Assembly (NCBI RefSeq): GCF_964204645.1 | Contig: NC_134025.1 | Location: 1,612,001 to 1,676,000, forward strand | DNA length: 64,000 nucleotides | Source of the DNA: Tubulanus polymorphus | Taxonomy: Eukaryota > Animalia > Nemertea | Direction of reading: 5' to 3' | The notes under the pieces: model-generated | The model's input: only the letters and a program-made list of their open reading frames with translations | The model's database searches: none | Told to the model about the DNA's origin: nothing | Shown here: positions 28,601-44,069 of the stretch, one piece after another | How the letters are laid out: every line of letters begins with the position of its first letter | Numbering within the stretch: position 1 is the stretch's first letter | Translations under genes and position numbers: made by a program

Positions 28601-31600
28601 TTATACTGTTGCTACTTGAACGAACAAAAGCGATCATTGTCAATCTCAATGCCAGCATCTTACATTATACAGACAGAATTCATCGCACGCCATGTATATA
28701 TAATTCTTAAAACATTTAAATTGGTCGCACATGCAGGATTACTGATTTATTTCTCAATTCACTTTCGACGGAAATGCAGAGGCCTTCGCATTAAAAATAG
28801 CTTGAGAAGTGTTAAATTGATTTTAAGTACTGTACGTCAAAGGCCGAATATACTGACGTCAAAGAAATTAGTGATAATATCATTGATATCCTTGATTGAC
28901 ATTCGTTGACACTACGTAATTATTGCGCTAAGGAAAATCCAAGTATCGCCATAACATATCATACAAGTGTATAGACATAACAGTGTCACAAAGATGGAAG
29001 GCATTTAAAATCGCCTAACATTATTTTTTAGAGTAGTTACGCTATGATATTTTTGGTTCTTGTTGAGGTTTACGGCTTCATTTATACACGTAAATTATAT
29101 ATAAACAATTATCATTTTTAAATTCATTTTCGAAGAATCGTATGAACCAAATTTATCAAATAGTCACGCGCGGTGAGAAACACGCGCTCTGAAGATTTAG
29201 AGCAAGATATATTGCATAAGATAGTTCTGTGGTCCAAAGATGATATTCCTTAAAGGTATGTAACAGTCATCTGCTGTTTCTAAGTGACTACGCCATGAGG
29301 TTAAGGGGGGGGGGGGGTATTAAGGGAGTGCGCTCTAGGTGATCAGAGAACAATAAAATAAAATAAAATGATATATCGCGCGGGTATTTTTAATGATGAT
29401 TTGTCGCAGTTCGCGATAATTACAGCGGGATTCATTACTGTAACTGACCAAGGTGGCTGCGAAATGACTGCGAATAATAGGTGACGGTAGTTTGTGAAAT
29501 CACATCCGTTTCATTATGAAAAAATCTAGTTTTACGAGAATCATTTAGCCCGGTGTAATGTTTTCATTGTAAACAATCAACTAGTTCTTCGGGACCTCCG
29601 GTCTTTTTTCGCTAATTGCGCTAATTTTTTTCAAAATTTCTTAGAGGAGGGAACCCTAAACCCTGCACTTGTTAAAAGGTTTCGGCTCTCACTCCTACAA
29701 GTCTCCCTTACTAACGGACAAACGGGTAATGATATCACGAGCAACACCACTCTAGGATAACATTGATGTTAAACATATATAAAAACCATTACATTTTTTT
29801 GTATGAAATTGATCCAAAAACGAATTCCACATTTCATACGCTATAATTACGTTACATTTGAAGTAAATAAATATGAAAAGAAGCACGGCACACTCTTATT
29901 CATCATCAGATCTTTTCCACAAACAGCGTTGTAAGCGCATTCGGCCCAAGGCAGCTGGAACTGGTTGACAGTGTTAGCTGGCTGGTATATAAAAAGTTGC
30001 ATCCCCCGCGGTACACCGACGCACGAAGACGGCTAGTTTTTCCTAGAATGAGGATTAATCCGGAAGATTATTGCTGAGGTCTCTATCATCTGCTAAATTA
30101 GCGTGAACAAAAATCTTTTACAATTATCTGATGGCTTGCTTACACGCATTGGGGTTTCGTTATAAAGATGTATTGTTTTGAGATAAGCATAGTTTCCGCA
30201 GGATCTCGGATGCTGTGTGAAAGGAAGGGACCTATTGAAAGCGTCAATCACACCCAAAGACAGACACATTTTACGTTCAATTGATTTACACTGAAAGACT
30301 ATATAATGGTGTACGTCATTCAGTACAAAGTCAAACCGTTATTTATATATATATATATAGACCACGACAGTCGCTTTTGCTTGATTGGCAAGTTGATGAA
30401 TGTCCTAGGAAAAATTCGCTACTACATTTATAGTGAATTGAAGGTTGTGATTGGCGTAATTTTTTTCAAACAGATCCGGCACACGCGTAAAAAGCCAACG
30501 TGACTTTCGTTATAAGGAAGCCTTGCTTTGAACCAAGTCGGCGAAATATATCCGACATCTCAATGGTTTCATTTGTCACTAACAGATGGTTGTGCGAAAA
30601 ATCAACACACACTTAGGAAGTATCTCTTCCCGTCTCGAATTCGATGTTTGAGGCTCCTCGGAATCTTCAAAATTACGAATGAAATATATAGTATTAAGGC
30701 GGCTTAGAAAACATACCAGAATATACGCGTTACCACGTTGTCAAGTGAAATGTTTCTGTCACGAAAAGACGTTAATAAAGGTGCAGAAATTATAGGTTTT
30801 GATAGCGGTATCATTCGTTCATCCAATCAGAATCTACTGACGTAAATCGTGGGTGGATGTTTTCTTCAATTATTCGCAGAAAACTTTAAATATGAATCTG
30901 GCTAATTTTCATAGCAACGCTTCCCGGTCCTGTGCGTTCAGCAATTCACCAGTGATTTAAACTAATCCTAATATCTGATTTATTCCATATTAATCTGTGT
31001 TCGTTGCGTATTGAATCCCATCTAAAGCGTTTCCTTGAGAGCTTTCATCCATTTGTCATCTTCAGGAAAACTCGAGTTATCACAAAATTCTAAGGTACCA
31101 GAACAAATGCGAGGTGAAAAAACTCTTTTTTATTCGTAGTGTGGGATTTTATATCATCTTTCAACTCGAACTCAGAATGTTTCATCAATGGTTATTCATT
31201 TCTCATGAATTATACTTTTTCTATGTAGGAGAATCGTACATATGCTTGCCGAGTTTCTATATATTCGTAACAAATCGTTACAAATTGTCCGATATAAACA
31301 TTATACCAGTTTCAAGTGAGTAACTACTGACCTTTCAATTGGGCCTATATTCGTTATTAGTATGCGATACCTTTAACCTTTAAATTAACTAGATAACTCT
31401 CATATTCCCGAGCCGGATCTCTCATCCGCGGGTCTCTCATCCGTATCTTCAACGTTTACTGTTTTCAAAATTTTCACGCGCAAAACTTGATTAGAAACAG
31501 AAAAATATTACCGGTAACTTTAACATGACATTATCTTTACTAAATATTTGCAATGATATTTCATAGAAAATTCCCTCTTGTGCTTCTTACTTCCAAAGCT

Positions 31601-33019
31601 TCTTAGAAAGCAACCGATCCACAACTTCTTCGAGTAGATGCTTTGAATTCATTCATCGAAGCGAAAAATTAAAGAAAAAAAATTGACAAATACAATTCAC
31701 ATCATAAATTGTAACGTTCAAGTAAGTGATAAAGTTTCACTAGAATTTTAGGATCTATTTCCACAGCGACCAGTTAAAAAATGAGAAATACCATTAACTT
31801 ACTAAACAAATACCTAAAATGATTAAACATGAAATAAAACGTATCACGTAAATATCTTTTACCTAGAAATTTAAGTAAGAATTCACTGCAATTTTCTCCA
31901 ACGCTTCAAATCTCATCGATAGAAGAGAAACTTCTATCGAAAGGTGTGATTTTGATATTCACAACTGGTTTTGGATATATTCATGGCTGTGAAACATTTC
32001 TGTTTCAACAAAATTCACTCACTTTTCTATCGCTAGAATAAACTAAAATAAACTAATATTAATTATGATCAAGTGGCAAACAAAAATCCTGAATGATTTT
32101 CTTACCGTTCATCAATTGATATCTGGAAAAATAGCATTGAGTCATTGCATTGACGGCACAGGAAGGCCGGCCGTAAAAACAGCGGTTTCTACTGAACTGC
32201 ATTATATTCCTAATTTAATGATAGCAGCGAAACTCTGATCCTGAATCACGCGATTACCTGTAGATTGTAACACACAACTCGAGGTGTTGTTATTGGTCCG
32301 ATTTACTCATCTTTCCAACACCTCTCTTACATACAATTAACTTAACTAATAACTCGTCGAATTCAGCGTTACATCTCCACTCGATTCTCGCGCGATTTCG
32401 ATGCTTTTTTCAAAACTTTCAACATTCTTTAAAACGTTTATCTAAACAAAGGTGAAAACAACTATCAAATGAGGATAATGTTGCTGAATGTTAAGATATA
32501 TCAGAGTGGGAGTGTCCTTAAATGAAGTAATGATAATAGAATAAGAACCCGGAATATAACGGTATTTCAGTAATTCGCGCCATCAATCATGTATGGAATA
32601 CTGGTCACAGCTTTTAAACTTTGACGAAGTTCACCGACATCAGAAACATATTGTCTCCACATTCGTCATAACGACTGTTAACTGTGACCTTTTACTTCGT
32701 TGAAACCACTAACGGCCACTATGACGTGCTGTGACGTCACATGAAGACCTTTGAATCAGGTGATCTATACGACACTAGCCCTTATTCAAATATGATGAAT
32801 TTTCTTCTCATAATTCTCTTCCTCCTTAATGCATATTACATGATTACTTGTTCAGATCTGTATACAGACACACGTAGCTTATAATGAGATACTCGTCTTT
32901 CATTTCATTGAAATTAATAATATAAGTAGCATCGTTCAATATTACTGATGTTTTCTGAGGCTATTTACACGCGAAGTATTCAGTAAAGTGTCAAATCCAC
33001 ATCAGAATGGTTACGGAAT

Positions 33020-33340
33020 TCACAATGGTGTCGACGATGAATCATTATCATTATCTTTCTTATTGTAATTATTTTAGCGATGTAAGAATGCGCCTTATAC
33101 CCCAATATTTTTTGACTGATCCAAATCCTTTCAAATTCAGAGCTTTGATGCAACAGAAAAATGAATATGTATTGAAAGATTTGTATAGGTTTGTTATGAT
33201 AACATTCGCTAAAAGTTTCGGCTATCTGTAATCATACATGTTCCATTTTCCTATTTTTCCTTTCAATTGTAAAACGTTCTTATTGTCATATGTAAATGAC
33301 CTAAGTTTATCGGAAAAAAAGTAAAGTAAGTTAAAGTCAC
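33020..33340 (+). mobile_element. 5'-truncated non-LTR retrotransposon 3' end
   Basis: Decayed reading DE(x)HYL..C.YFSDVR..LIPQYF...PNPFKF..LM, typical of invertebrate LINE ORF2 C-termini, followed by an A-rich tail with AAAGT-type short repeats (33315-33337). Confidence 0.55.
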
Positions 33341-33897
33341 GCGCTTAAATTTGTATCAAACATGACGTTTTGTAAATAGTTACAATATCTAAGGCGACTG
33401 TATGTTACTGTGTTCCATGTCTTACCACAATATTATTGTAGATTTGTTTTGTAGGTTTACGGTTGTAAACGCGTGAATACAGTTGACAAGTCAACGTTAT
33501 TAGAATAAGTCCAGTGCGTTCAGTTAATTACCTATTACAGTAATCATGACAATGCGTCATAACCGTTTGGGGTCGTATTGTCGGTATATTCCATTTTTAG
33601 GTGATTTACGTCAACCGCGGGACTAAGTGGTCACATACATGCAGTAGTTGTAATCTTAACTCCCTACTAATAAACTCTGTAAATATGAAGAAGATCAGCG
33701 ATCATTTTCAAGAAGGATTGTAACGCCGGAACCCGAGATCAAATCATTTTCAGACCCGTAGCGTGATATATGCGTTTTTGATTTAGTTCGAAGTAAACGG
33801 GATCTGGAAAATATTTGCATGATATTGTTGATCAGATAGAAAGACCTCGCAGCGATTTCCATTGTTATCACGAAGGTCTAAACAAATGAACTCGTAA

Positions 33898-34185
33898 CCC
33901 TTTCAGTGCATCTACACCGCAGTGCGGTGTATAAATCAGTGATGGATTTTGCTAGTACACCGCACTGCGGTGTATTGATGTAATTAGTAATTTGTAATTA
34001 TCTCTATTGAAAAATGGCAGCAAGTGTCAAACATAGTGAAATACTAGTAACTAATGATACGCCGCACCGCGGTGTAGACGCACTATAGTGGTATTCCCGT
34101 TATTCAAAACACTAGGGTGGAATTTTTTAGAATTTTCAAATTTTCTCCAGCACTATAGGGTATTAATTAGTCAGCACTGAAAGGG
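33898..34185. mobile_element. piggyBac-like MITE with internal 19-bp palindromes
   Basis: TIRs CCCTTTCAGTGC ... GCACTGAAAGGG with decayed TTAA-like flanks (gtaa / tttt). Palindrome TACACCGCA(G/C)TGCGGTGTA at 33913 and 33956, degenerate at 34058. Confidence 0.75.
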
Positions 34186-37100
34186 TTTTAACATGTATCA
34201 TACGTTATAATGACGTTTCTGCTTTTCAGTTCTATCTTTGATAAAAACGAATGGAACTAATTTTTTTGCGCTACTCGGACCAGATTATAACGATAGCAAG
34301 TCTGATCACTGAATTCGCACCCAGTTTTTCGATTACATTATTTTTCAGATATGTTCTTATTTTCCGGCCGATCCTGCTTAAAATTATTTCCAAAGTGGTA
34401 ATCATTTATTCTCATAGAAACAGATCGAGTTTATTCAGATAATTTAAACTGTCTGCGTCTAGTGCACATTCAAATAACACGTTATTTTCTTTGATTTTCG
34501 CGAGCAGATTTTTATTACTTTGTATCACGTCATAAATACCTAGAACTGTGAACATTAGGATGAAAAATCGTATCTATTCCTGTGAATACTGAATTATAGA
34601 AACAGCGCGTATTAGACTTACTCGAATATAACATAAATATTAAAAAAAACAGAATGTAAAAAGTAGAATAATCTTCGCGCATGATCGAATTAAAAGCACG
34701 TAGGTACGTTGATATTATGATCCGTTGTCGTGGATATTAGATTTCCCAGTCAAATGTTGATAGAAACACTGCCAATTTTCTAAATAAAGTGTAAAATATC
34801 GTCTGAACGTTTATCTATTATGATTCTAAGTATATACGACGATCACACGAAGGTGTTATTCATCCACGATGCAGCATCATTTCAGTTTTATTTTATATAG
34901 TTGTGTTGCGTCAAAAGCGAATTTTGAAAACTCCCTAAATACAGATTTAAGACACGAAGTAGCGATGTTTCATTAGAGACCATCGTCAGTGAGATTCCGA
35001 AATGTCTTTAAGATTGTTGAATTCCGTTTTATAATGTTGAATTTGTACATATTGGAGTTTCAATTATATCGTCTATTCATCGCGTTTCAATTGTTGCTAT
35101 TCTACAAGACTTATAGATCATTTGAAATAACTTTCAAACGAGATGTTCACGCCCCTGTAAATATATCCGCAAGTGTGATATGGTTTCTTGTGCTTATTGC
35201 TTCAATTTTGGTTTAAACTCTGACATTTTCAGTATAGTCCTAATTTTCGTCACTATGATAACACAAGCAAGGAACTGGAGCCGTTTAGCGAGCGAATGGT
35301 CAGACTGATAGATGAACATATGTAATTCATTTTGAAATAAGCACCGTAATATTATCTAATATATCAAAAAGTGATGGGCAACTAATGATGTAAAAATTAA
35401 TGGTTCACATCGAATTCGATGATGAACATTACGATCTAAATGATTATGGGACCAAACTTCTTACAGATTACGGATTTAGTGTAAGTTGTAATAAATTAGA
35501 AATCATAGTTTGTATTTTACCCCCGTCGAATTAGAAAAAATAGTCACATCCTCCATGTTTCACCGGGGACCCAGTTCCACAGTTCAGCGTTCAATCGTAA
35601 GTTTTTTAATTGGGGAAAACTGAAAATGAATTGATTTCAATGAAACTTAACAGTCGATATGAAACTATGGTCCAGATACCCATTGTCTTAATGTGTGATT
35701 TTAAGTATTTCTGCTTTGTAAAATAGATTCCCTAAATTGTAGATGAGTGAAATCATTTTATCATTGAGCAGCATATCAAAAATGCATTCAAAGAATTTTT
35801 GGAATTTTACGAGGAATTTGTAGTAATTTTTCTCCACGAAAACTCTATTATTTCCATAGAATAAAAGACGAATGATGAAAGTTCATTCCAAAAAGACGTG
35901 GGCGCAACATCAGTCAATATAAACCAGTTAACTTCTTTCAAATTACATTGAAAATGAACGCATAATGTGAAATCTGAACTCCCACATTCGATAGCATTTA
36001 ATCAACGCATCATTTGAACAATATTTTTTTATATACCATAAGAAAAATATTCAGATATGAACTGTTCGCACACGGAAGTAGAGACAAATAAAACTTGATA
36101 AAAGATTATGTTCTCATCAAATAATATTATTCATAATTTGTGGTGCCTTCGATAACGTAAATATTTACCTGGTTTTTCGTCCATGGTCATCAACCCCAAT
36201 AATCGTGTAATATCCAATTTCATTCGCTCGTACGTTCAGTATTTCACACTTCTGATTAGTTCTCATTGTCATTATTATTTCGGATTTGGTCGCAACCAGT
36301 TTCGATTTCAGTTTAAGAGTTTCCATGATTCTACACACAGATGAAACCATTGAAATGACTACGCGAGGTGGTACAATTTCTTAGAAATTAGGACGCGCGC
36401 CTGCTAAGCCTAAGAGTTTTTGGAATAACTGCGAGGAACGTGTGGGTAAATTTGTGAAATTGATAGTATATACCAGGCTGTTTGACCTTTTCACGCGGGG
36501 GCCTTTATCAAATGCCTTGTTATTTACTTCTAGATGGAAAATGTTATGACCTATCGAGAATGGGTTGAGAACATAGGGGTTGACTGCAGTTACTAACATT
36601 CACAAATATCACCGTAGCTTTGAACTTTAGTTTGAACTTTTCATCGTCCTTTCATTAATACTTCGTACTTCAAGAAAAAGTTCCCTGCCTTCAGAGTTCT
36701 GTGTGGAGGGTAGGAGTCACTTGACGCCGAGTCGCAATAGGAGAGATATACAAAATAAAACTTCGAAGACGGCGGAACTATTTTGGCTTCTGTTCAAACG
36801 GTGACTTCGGACAAAAAAGTGTCAAGTCGATCTGTTTTTCGCAGAGCTTTATTTTGGCTTCGTTGCTTTTAATTTTAGAATAAATCAAAAGTTATCGATC
36901 ATTTATAAATATACGTCATAGCGCGCGATAAAGTATCGTAATTGGTAAATGATAGGCTAAAATTGAACTCGTATTTTTAAGAACTTTATTTGAATTCTGA
37001 ACGGTTATGTCGTCATGATAGATCAGTGACGTCAGAAGTAAAGGAACACCTATTGTCTTTGATATTAGTTGAAAGTGAATGTAGGGATATTGAATATACT

Positions 37101-38471
37101 TATATCTACAGGAAAGATAGAATTGATTTGTGCTGGTAGCAATAATATTATAATTTCTGAAGCGAGATACTGCCGGCCCTGGATGGTGATTTATCCGATG
37201 AACGAAAATAAAGTCAATATTGCGAAAAATTTCGAATAGAAATACTTCAAATGATCATTAATACAAATATATGAATGACATTTTTTTTTCTTCGTCGCAA
37301 ATTCCGGGGAAAGCGGGTGGCGCTCGTTTGAGTTCAAACTCGAGTATTCGTGTTAACACGCCTGGTATAGGTAATCCATTGTCCGATACGAAAACCTTTA
37401 GAATTATACAAATTCTTTCTAACGTAACAGAATACGGTGTTTGCAGCAAATCCAAAAACTGAATAGATTAACATAATAAATTAACATTACTCTAGAAGAG
37501 CAGATAGTTCATGATGCTTTCAATCAATCAGTGGGGATGCCACACAGGACCGTGTTTAAGTCCCCACCCATCTTTCAAAATGATGAAACAGCGATTCAAC
37601 CACACGATATATTTCATAAGAACGTTTTGTTATAAAAGTTATACATAGAATAACAGTTTGATAACACTGAAGTATTTTTCAAATTGTTCTCTCTGTCCGA
37701 GTTTTATTAATGAAAATATATGTTAGTTAGTAATGTAAACAGATTCGTATGTCCCTCTTGATACCGCTTTTTACTTTGACGAGATAAATGATCAGACTTA
37801 AGAAAAGCTAATAATTTCCGAAATCGTAAGATCGTCTGTTAGACTGTGACTTGATAGTTACTAACTACGCAAAATCTGTGTCCACGTATCGGTAACCCTA
37901 TATTACAGCGTGTGAGCCGATAGGCGGTGAGATGTTAACTTAAAAACTATCTGCTCATCCTTTTTCATGTGTCCTTGATGAGTAATTGTTTATCGCGTTA
38001 GTCACCTTAGGTTAGGTTACATAGGTTACATTGTTTTCTCACTGCACGGCAGGTGCTTTTAGAGTCGATTTTGGCAGATGATATTCGAAAAGCGTGTTTG
38101 TTTTTTTTTTAGAGGTCTTATTCTTAAAGTAAGTTGTTTATTGATTACGCTAGTTTTCGTTTATTTATAATGGTTGGTTTGGTGTTTGTTGTGTATCCAT
38201 TGCGAGTAACCTTGCCAAAAATGAGCATCCACTTCAATTCCAACAGGTTGGTTAATTCAGTTTTTTTTCTATATCCTCCGATAAAGTTTTATCCCATTGC
38301 TAGATAAATGCGATAGTTGAAAACCTATGAGATTGAAGGTTTATTGAGACCAAAACGTTAAGGTTGTCTCCTAAGAGCAATCATCTTGGGGAATGAAAAG
38401 AAAAAGGTTAGTTTTGTGTATTTGATAATCTTAAATGAAATGTGTATAAAAAAGTCACAATAATACAAGTA

Positions 38472-38560
38472 TAACATTGTCGCCGATTCACAAAATCCAA
38501 GATAGATTGTTTAGTTAAAGTCCCGGAGTAAAATGAATAACACAAGTAATAATACTGATT
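38472..38560 (+). repeat. Dispersed direct repeat, second copy at ~41943-42048
   Basis: taa.attgtcg..gattca..aatccaa.atagattgt.tagtt.aagtcccg...gtaataatactgatt is shared by both loci. Confidence 0.7.
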
Positions 38561-41500
38561 ATTGGCGGATTATAAGGCAATTTAGGGATGGTGATGATAT
38601 ATTCCCAGTCTCAATAAACCTTTTAATTGCATATACACCTTTTTCTTCTAGTCTATTTTATTCACATGTTTTCCTGATTAAAAGTTTCAATAACGCGTCG
38701 GACTGCGTTTACAAAAGGATTATGAAGATAGTGAACGTATTTCAAAGTCGTATTTCCTTCCAAATCTAAAACCCTAAATCACTTTGAAATCAACCTTAAG
38801 ACCAGCTATATGATCGTTTATGAACTAGACTTGGTTCTAGATTGAATCAGGCCGATCACGATGATATGGGGCCTATACATCAACATCGTAACACAACCTT
38901 CAGAGAATAACATAAATTCATTGCAAACACAGCACAGAAATCAGTTATCACTGATAGTTTAAGGATGAAATCTTCGAGTAACAGTCAGAATATATGGACC
39001 GGAAGTCTTTGAATATCGATATCCGTATGTAGGTCAACAGTATGTTTAGATACAGTGTGAAGACCGGGCGCGCACTCGACGACATTTAGTGCAGTCAAAA
39101 TCAATGCAATAATTACCACATAGAACTGTGAGAAATAATACCAAATAGTTACCTACCATCAACCGGGTCGGTCCTGCTGATTGGTACCGATTTCGTCTTC
39201 CTCATTGACCTATGACCACGTGTGCTAACGAATGATTCAAGTGGTTTCTCCAGGCACGCCACCTCCATCTTGAATTTCAGTTCGAAATCCAAATCTCGTC
39301 GGCGACGAGATTTGGATGGTCGGCACAGTCACGGCGTCGATGGATACGGGCATGTATTTCATACATATGCGATATTAACAATTCCAAAATATAGGATTAT
39401 TTCGAGGAAATCTATTCGTTTAAAACGTCGTTGGGTGCCGGGGGTCCAATTGTAACTAGCAGACCCCAGAGAACACGAATCAATCAAAACCGTTTTGTTT
39501 ATAAAGATACCGAATTTTAATTATCGTTAACCTAAGAAATCCACGGATTCCAAAAGCGTTTCTAAACGGTAGTTCTTGTTGTTTATCCGACGAGTCAACG
39601 TTCAGAAATTGCCAAAGAAAGGTCGACCATGTCTATCTATCTATTGAACATTTTGTTTATATGGAATTCCAATTCTGGGTATTATTTTTCTAAGATTAAT
39701 TCAAAATGTCACTCGGTGTAATTTCTAGCCACCTAGCGGTCGTCAGGAAATTCATCAATGAATATTGGATTTTAGACCACGTGACCGTTTTTCTAGGAAA
39801 CTACGTATTTGAAAAAGAAGTTTATCTAAAAGCGCCAATATGACGGTGAAATGTCACCATAAACCAAAAAACTGATTTTTGAGTACTTACATGAATGTAA
39901 CATTGATCATTATGTTAATCCACCAATAAACAAGAATAATCCATATCGCGATGAAGAAACAGCGAATTGTTAGAAAATGTGAAATAATCTATAATAAACT
40001 AATTAAGATTATCGCAGATTAGCATAAATCCATATTTAGATAAATTGCGTCCACTGTTTCGGGCGACGCGAAACATTGGACGCAACGATTGGAAAATGAA
40101 AACTTCCGAACGCGGGAATTTAAAATCCGTCCGAGTTCCTTTCGCTTTTTGGATCAATTTAAACAGTGACGATCCGGAGTAAATGAAAGCGCTGCCGCTC
40201 AGATTGGCCTGCATATCCAGAATAACTATTTTACAGAGTACCCGAGGAATTGAGACACGTATCACGTGGTCAGAGGGAATATTATTTCATTTAACAGCGT
40301 TCAATAGAGACTCTGACAAAACTTCGTCACAGCGCGCGTATGTGACGTCAATGCTACTATTAATAGCCATCAGTAGAGCTAAATGTGCAAAAGTAGCGCT
40401 ATGTACAGAGCATCACTGACTACGCCAGCAGCAGTGTGGCCCTTTAGCATCTGCAGCATTGATGGAAATGAAGTCTTTTTACCTAAAAATATTTTCCATA
40501 ATCATTACCGGGAACTAGCACAATACGCATTCAGTTGGGAAGGTAATTTTCTAGGGATCCGACCGGCCTGAATGAATTGATGTTACTTTCCGTCTGAAAG
40601 TTCAAATGGTCCGGGATACCTTCACTACTATACTAGGCTTTTTACAAGAGAGCGAAAATAATCGATTGTACTCAAATCGAGCGGTCAATATAATGTATTC
40701 TATATATAGTAACTATATTCAATAGAATGTCGAGAGAAATCTATCACAGAACGTAAGATTATCTGCGATAGCGGTTGTGAAACATCGAACGAAAATCTTT
40801 CATTTTTCTAAATTGCTTTTTAGAACTTATATTCACTAAGATTTTTAGCTAAAGACACGTTACTAGGTTTATCTAAAGAAAGTGAAAGCATATTCAACCA
40901 TAATTCACAAACACCTTGTTTGAACTCAGACCTTCAAAATTCTAGGAAATCGTACGAGATCTTTTGGTATTCAAAATTTCACCGAATACTTAAAACATTT
41001 CCTGAAAATGATAATTTATTTTCATAATTTTTATTGAAATACGCAAATGTAGATATATGAAATGAAAAAAAATCAATAAGTGATTTATTTATAGTCGATT
41101 CAACGCATGATACGAACATGATTAGAGGTGGTTTTCAACTAGAGATTTAACACGTATCGAACCGTTCCGGTTTAGTGTAACCATGCTGTTTTTAGTAACG
41201 CGTCATTCTCAAGCGATTTCGTTCATTGATTTTGCAGTAAAACCGCGCCGCAAAACTTTTATCATCAGCATAAAATCCAACGACGTCACGATGGAAATTT
41301 ATACCATACTAGTGACGTCGATTTGTTTTTATCATTACTTATATATATGTATGTATTTGTAGGAGTAATAAAATCTTCTTTTGTTTTGTTATGTTTTTAA
41401 ATTCATTGTCGTTTTGGGTTTGGATTTGTTGCGATGCTTCTGCGTAGAGAGCGTGCGGTACTAGCCGTGTCATGTCAGATGTACGTATGTTCAATGTTTA

Positions 41501-44069
41501 AACAATCCGTTCTCGTATAGTTTGACAAATGTGTCTGCTATCTATTGCGTCACTGCCGACAAACTAAAAGTATCTTTCGACGTGCGTGACGTCACATCGG
41601 TATCAGGTTGGATCGAAAGTAACAATCCATGCCAGTGACGTCACATTTCGGGAGACGTTGATGTAATGAAAAGTGCCACATCAGATTGTCTTAATCTTGC
41701 GTTCGTTTGTAAAATATTCATGAATGAATTAAACGTTAAAAAGGCGTTTTTCCTACGTAAATTGTCAATCAGCATCGCTTACTGGCAGTTTACTGACGAA
41801 ATTCACGTCATTGATTACCTGCTGACTACATACAGGTCATAAGTATGTTTTCTATGTGCTGATTCCTGGGCAGATTAATACCGTTCGTTCGACAATCTGA
41901 AATCAAATGACGCTATATCGACGAGTCGCAATGATACCAGCTTAAGATTGTCGGGGATTCAAATCCAAAATAGATTGTCTAGTTGAAGTCCCGAAGAAAA
42001 AAGTTGACGTTCCGAAGAAAAAAGAAAAACTTGGTAATAATACTGATTCCATAAATGTCTAATGTGTTCAAAATCAATTATTGATAATTGAACTAGAATT
42101 AATGATATCAAGTGTAATAGAATTCTGAGTGTCTTATTTGAGAAATATGAACTAGATTTTTAAGTTGTTTATTCTGAACTGTTCGTTGGTCTAACGTATA
42201 GGGATCTGAGACGATGTTTCAGTGTGATTTAAACCCTCGAGGTGGCAAAGAAAAATAATTACAACGGTTCGCGAATTAATCAGTTGTAACAACCTTGGGT
42301 AGAGCTACATGCGTCTGCCGGGTATGAGGGCCGCAATTCCTCCACAGCCATCCATCCATTATGAACGGACGAAAAAACTGGAAATTAGAAAAGAAAAAAG
42401 TCGAAAAATTAAATTCATTAAAAATGAATTTCTCGGATAGTAGTACGATAACCACACTCAAACGTGGTGAACAGATGATAAGATAAAATTACTATTAATT
42501 TTTCGGATAGTTTTTGAGCGCTGTTTGCATCCGAGGTCAACTCTATATCTAAAATAGTTAGAAATGAATCAATTTCAACTGAAAGTGAAATTCAGTCAAG
42601 AACCGTGGGATCCATCCCATTATTCATTTCTCCTGTTAGTCATACAGTGTCTTGTCATATCAACCAAATTGACAATTAAATATGATAACTAATGAGGTGT
42701 TAATTAATTTTCTTTAATCTATCACTATCCATCAGAATCGTCGCATGTCTAAGATAGTTCAACGTACGTAGGGATGGTTTTAATCTGTGTAGACAGACCC
42801 GTCTTATGAGCTGTCTTTCGAGGATCTGAATTCTTGATAATCTTCCTTCTCTGCAATTTGGCCGTCTGTCTTGCGCTTATAATAAAATCCCAGGACAGCA
42901 TTAACTGAACTGTTGCGTATGTTGCCTAGATCGGTGAACTTGTTTTCAACGCCATCTGGTGGAAACGTTACGAACCGTCATAGATCTACTTTCAAATTGC
43001 CTCCCACCAGATATGATGTTGCTAAATAAAGCGCCTGCGCTGGATCGATACCATTGCGTGTAACCCCGGAGATAATTCCATCAGGACATCCCCATTTCGT
43101 ATCGGAAATGACGCAGGGAATCTCCATTTTCGGTCTCTTACGTCATAACTGGTTATTTATAGTATATTGCGGCTGGGTGTAGCGCAAAGCTGATCATTGA
43201 AAATAACAAGGCTTGATGCGTTAGCTAATAGAATTTATCGATTTCCCGGGGCATTCTACCTCGGCAACAACGCACGTAGCAGCAACAGCTAACGCAAACT
43301 CGCTGCTGAATATAGAAGAAGGTTTAAATCAATTGCGACAGCAGGTTATTCTTACTGACGCCATGAGTTTTACACGAGTACCAATAACTACCAATTATCA
43401 ACGGTACTAAAATTATATTCGCAAATGACCAACAACTTGCAAATGACGACAAACGTCACGCACTAATGACGTAGCGATAGAAATGTCATTTAGGTAACCC
43501 CCATCGTGACGTAATAGCTTCGCGTGTTATACTTTTTATCTAATTACTTAATCCAAATGAGCCGGGTTTCCACGGGTAACCTTTTCAATGAACAAACACG
43601 GTCGAATGATATTCAACACTTTTGAAATGAATTCAAGGCAAATCGTGCGTCAATTTCTGGGTAAATGTAAATTTCAAGGAAACAGCTCAGCTTACTGTAC
43701 GGACGTGATGGTTGTCGTTTATAAATCACAAACCACATCATAATCCGATATCGAATCCAAGAAATACAGGTGTCCAACCTAGAATAAGGAACATTGTGAT
43801 TCAGCTGAAAACTTTGAACTGAAGAAAATGGAAAACTACCGAAACAATTCTATGAAAATATCCTCGAATTAGACATCAATCTTCTTCGATTCAAAATGTC
43901 AATACACCCGAGAAATAAGCGCAGAAATTCATGTTCATTTCTGATCACTTGTTATCGGAAATTCGACCAACCATATGATTCTAGGGAAATCAACACGTCA
44001 GAGGCTGCAGTTGCTCAAACGGTTAACGGTTAACCTTTGCGATGAATTTGGGATTAGCTTTTATTTCAC

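Noticed and set aside
38180-38340. Possible second GIY-YIG remnant (minus strand NLLELKWMLIFGKVTRNGY)
   Set aside because: Too short and decayed to call without an HMM search.
19100-44000. Many 60-160 aa ORFs in the region upstream of NR4A
   Set aside because: No recognisable domains, AT-driven residue composition and no coherent exon chains; consistent with chance ORFs or repeat fragments.
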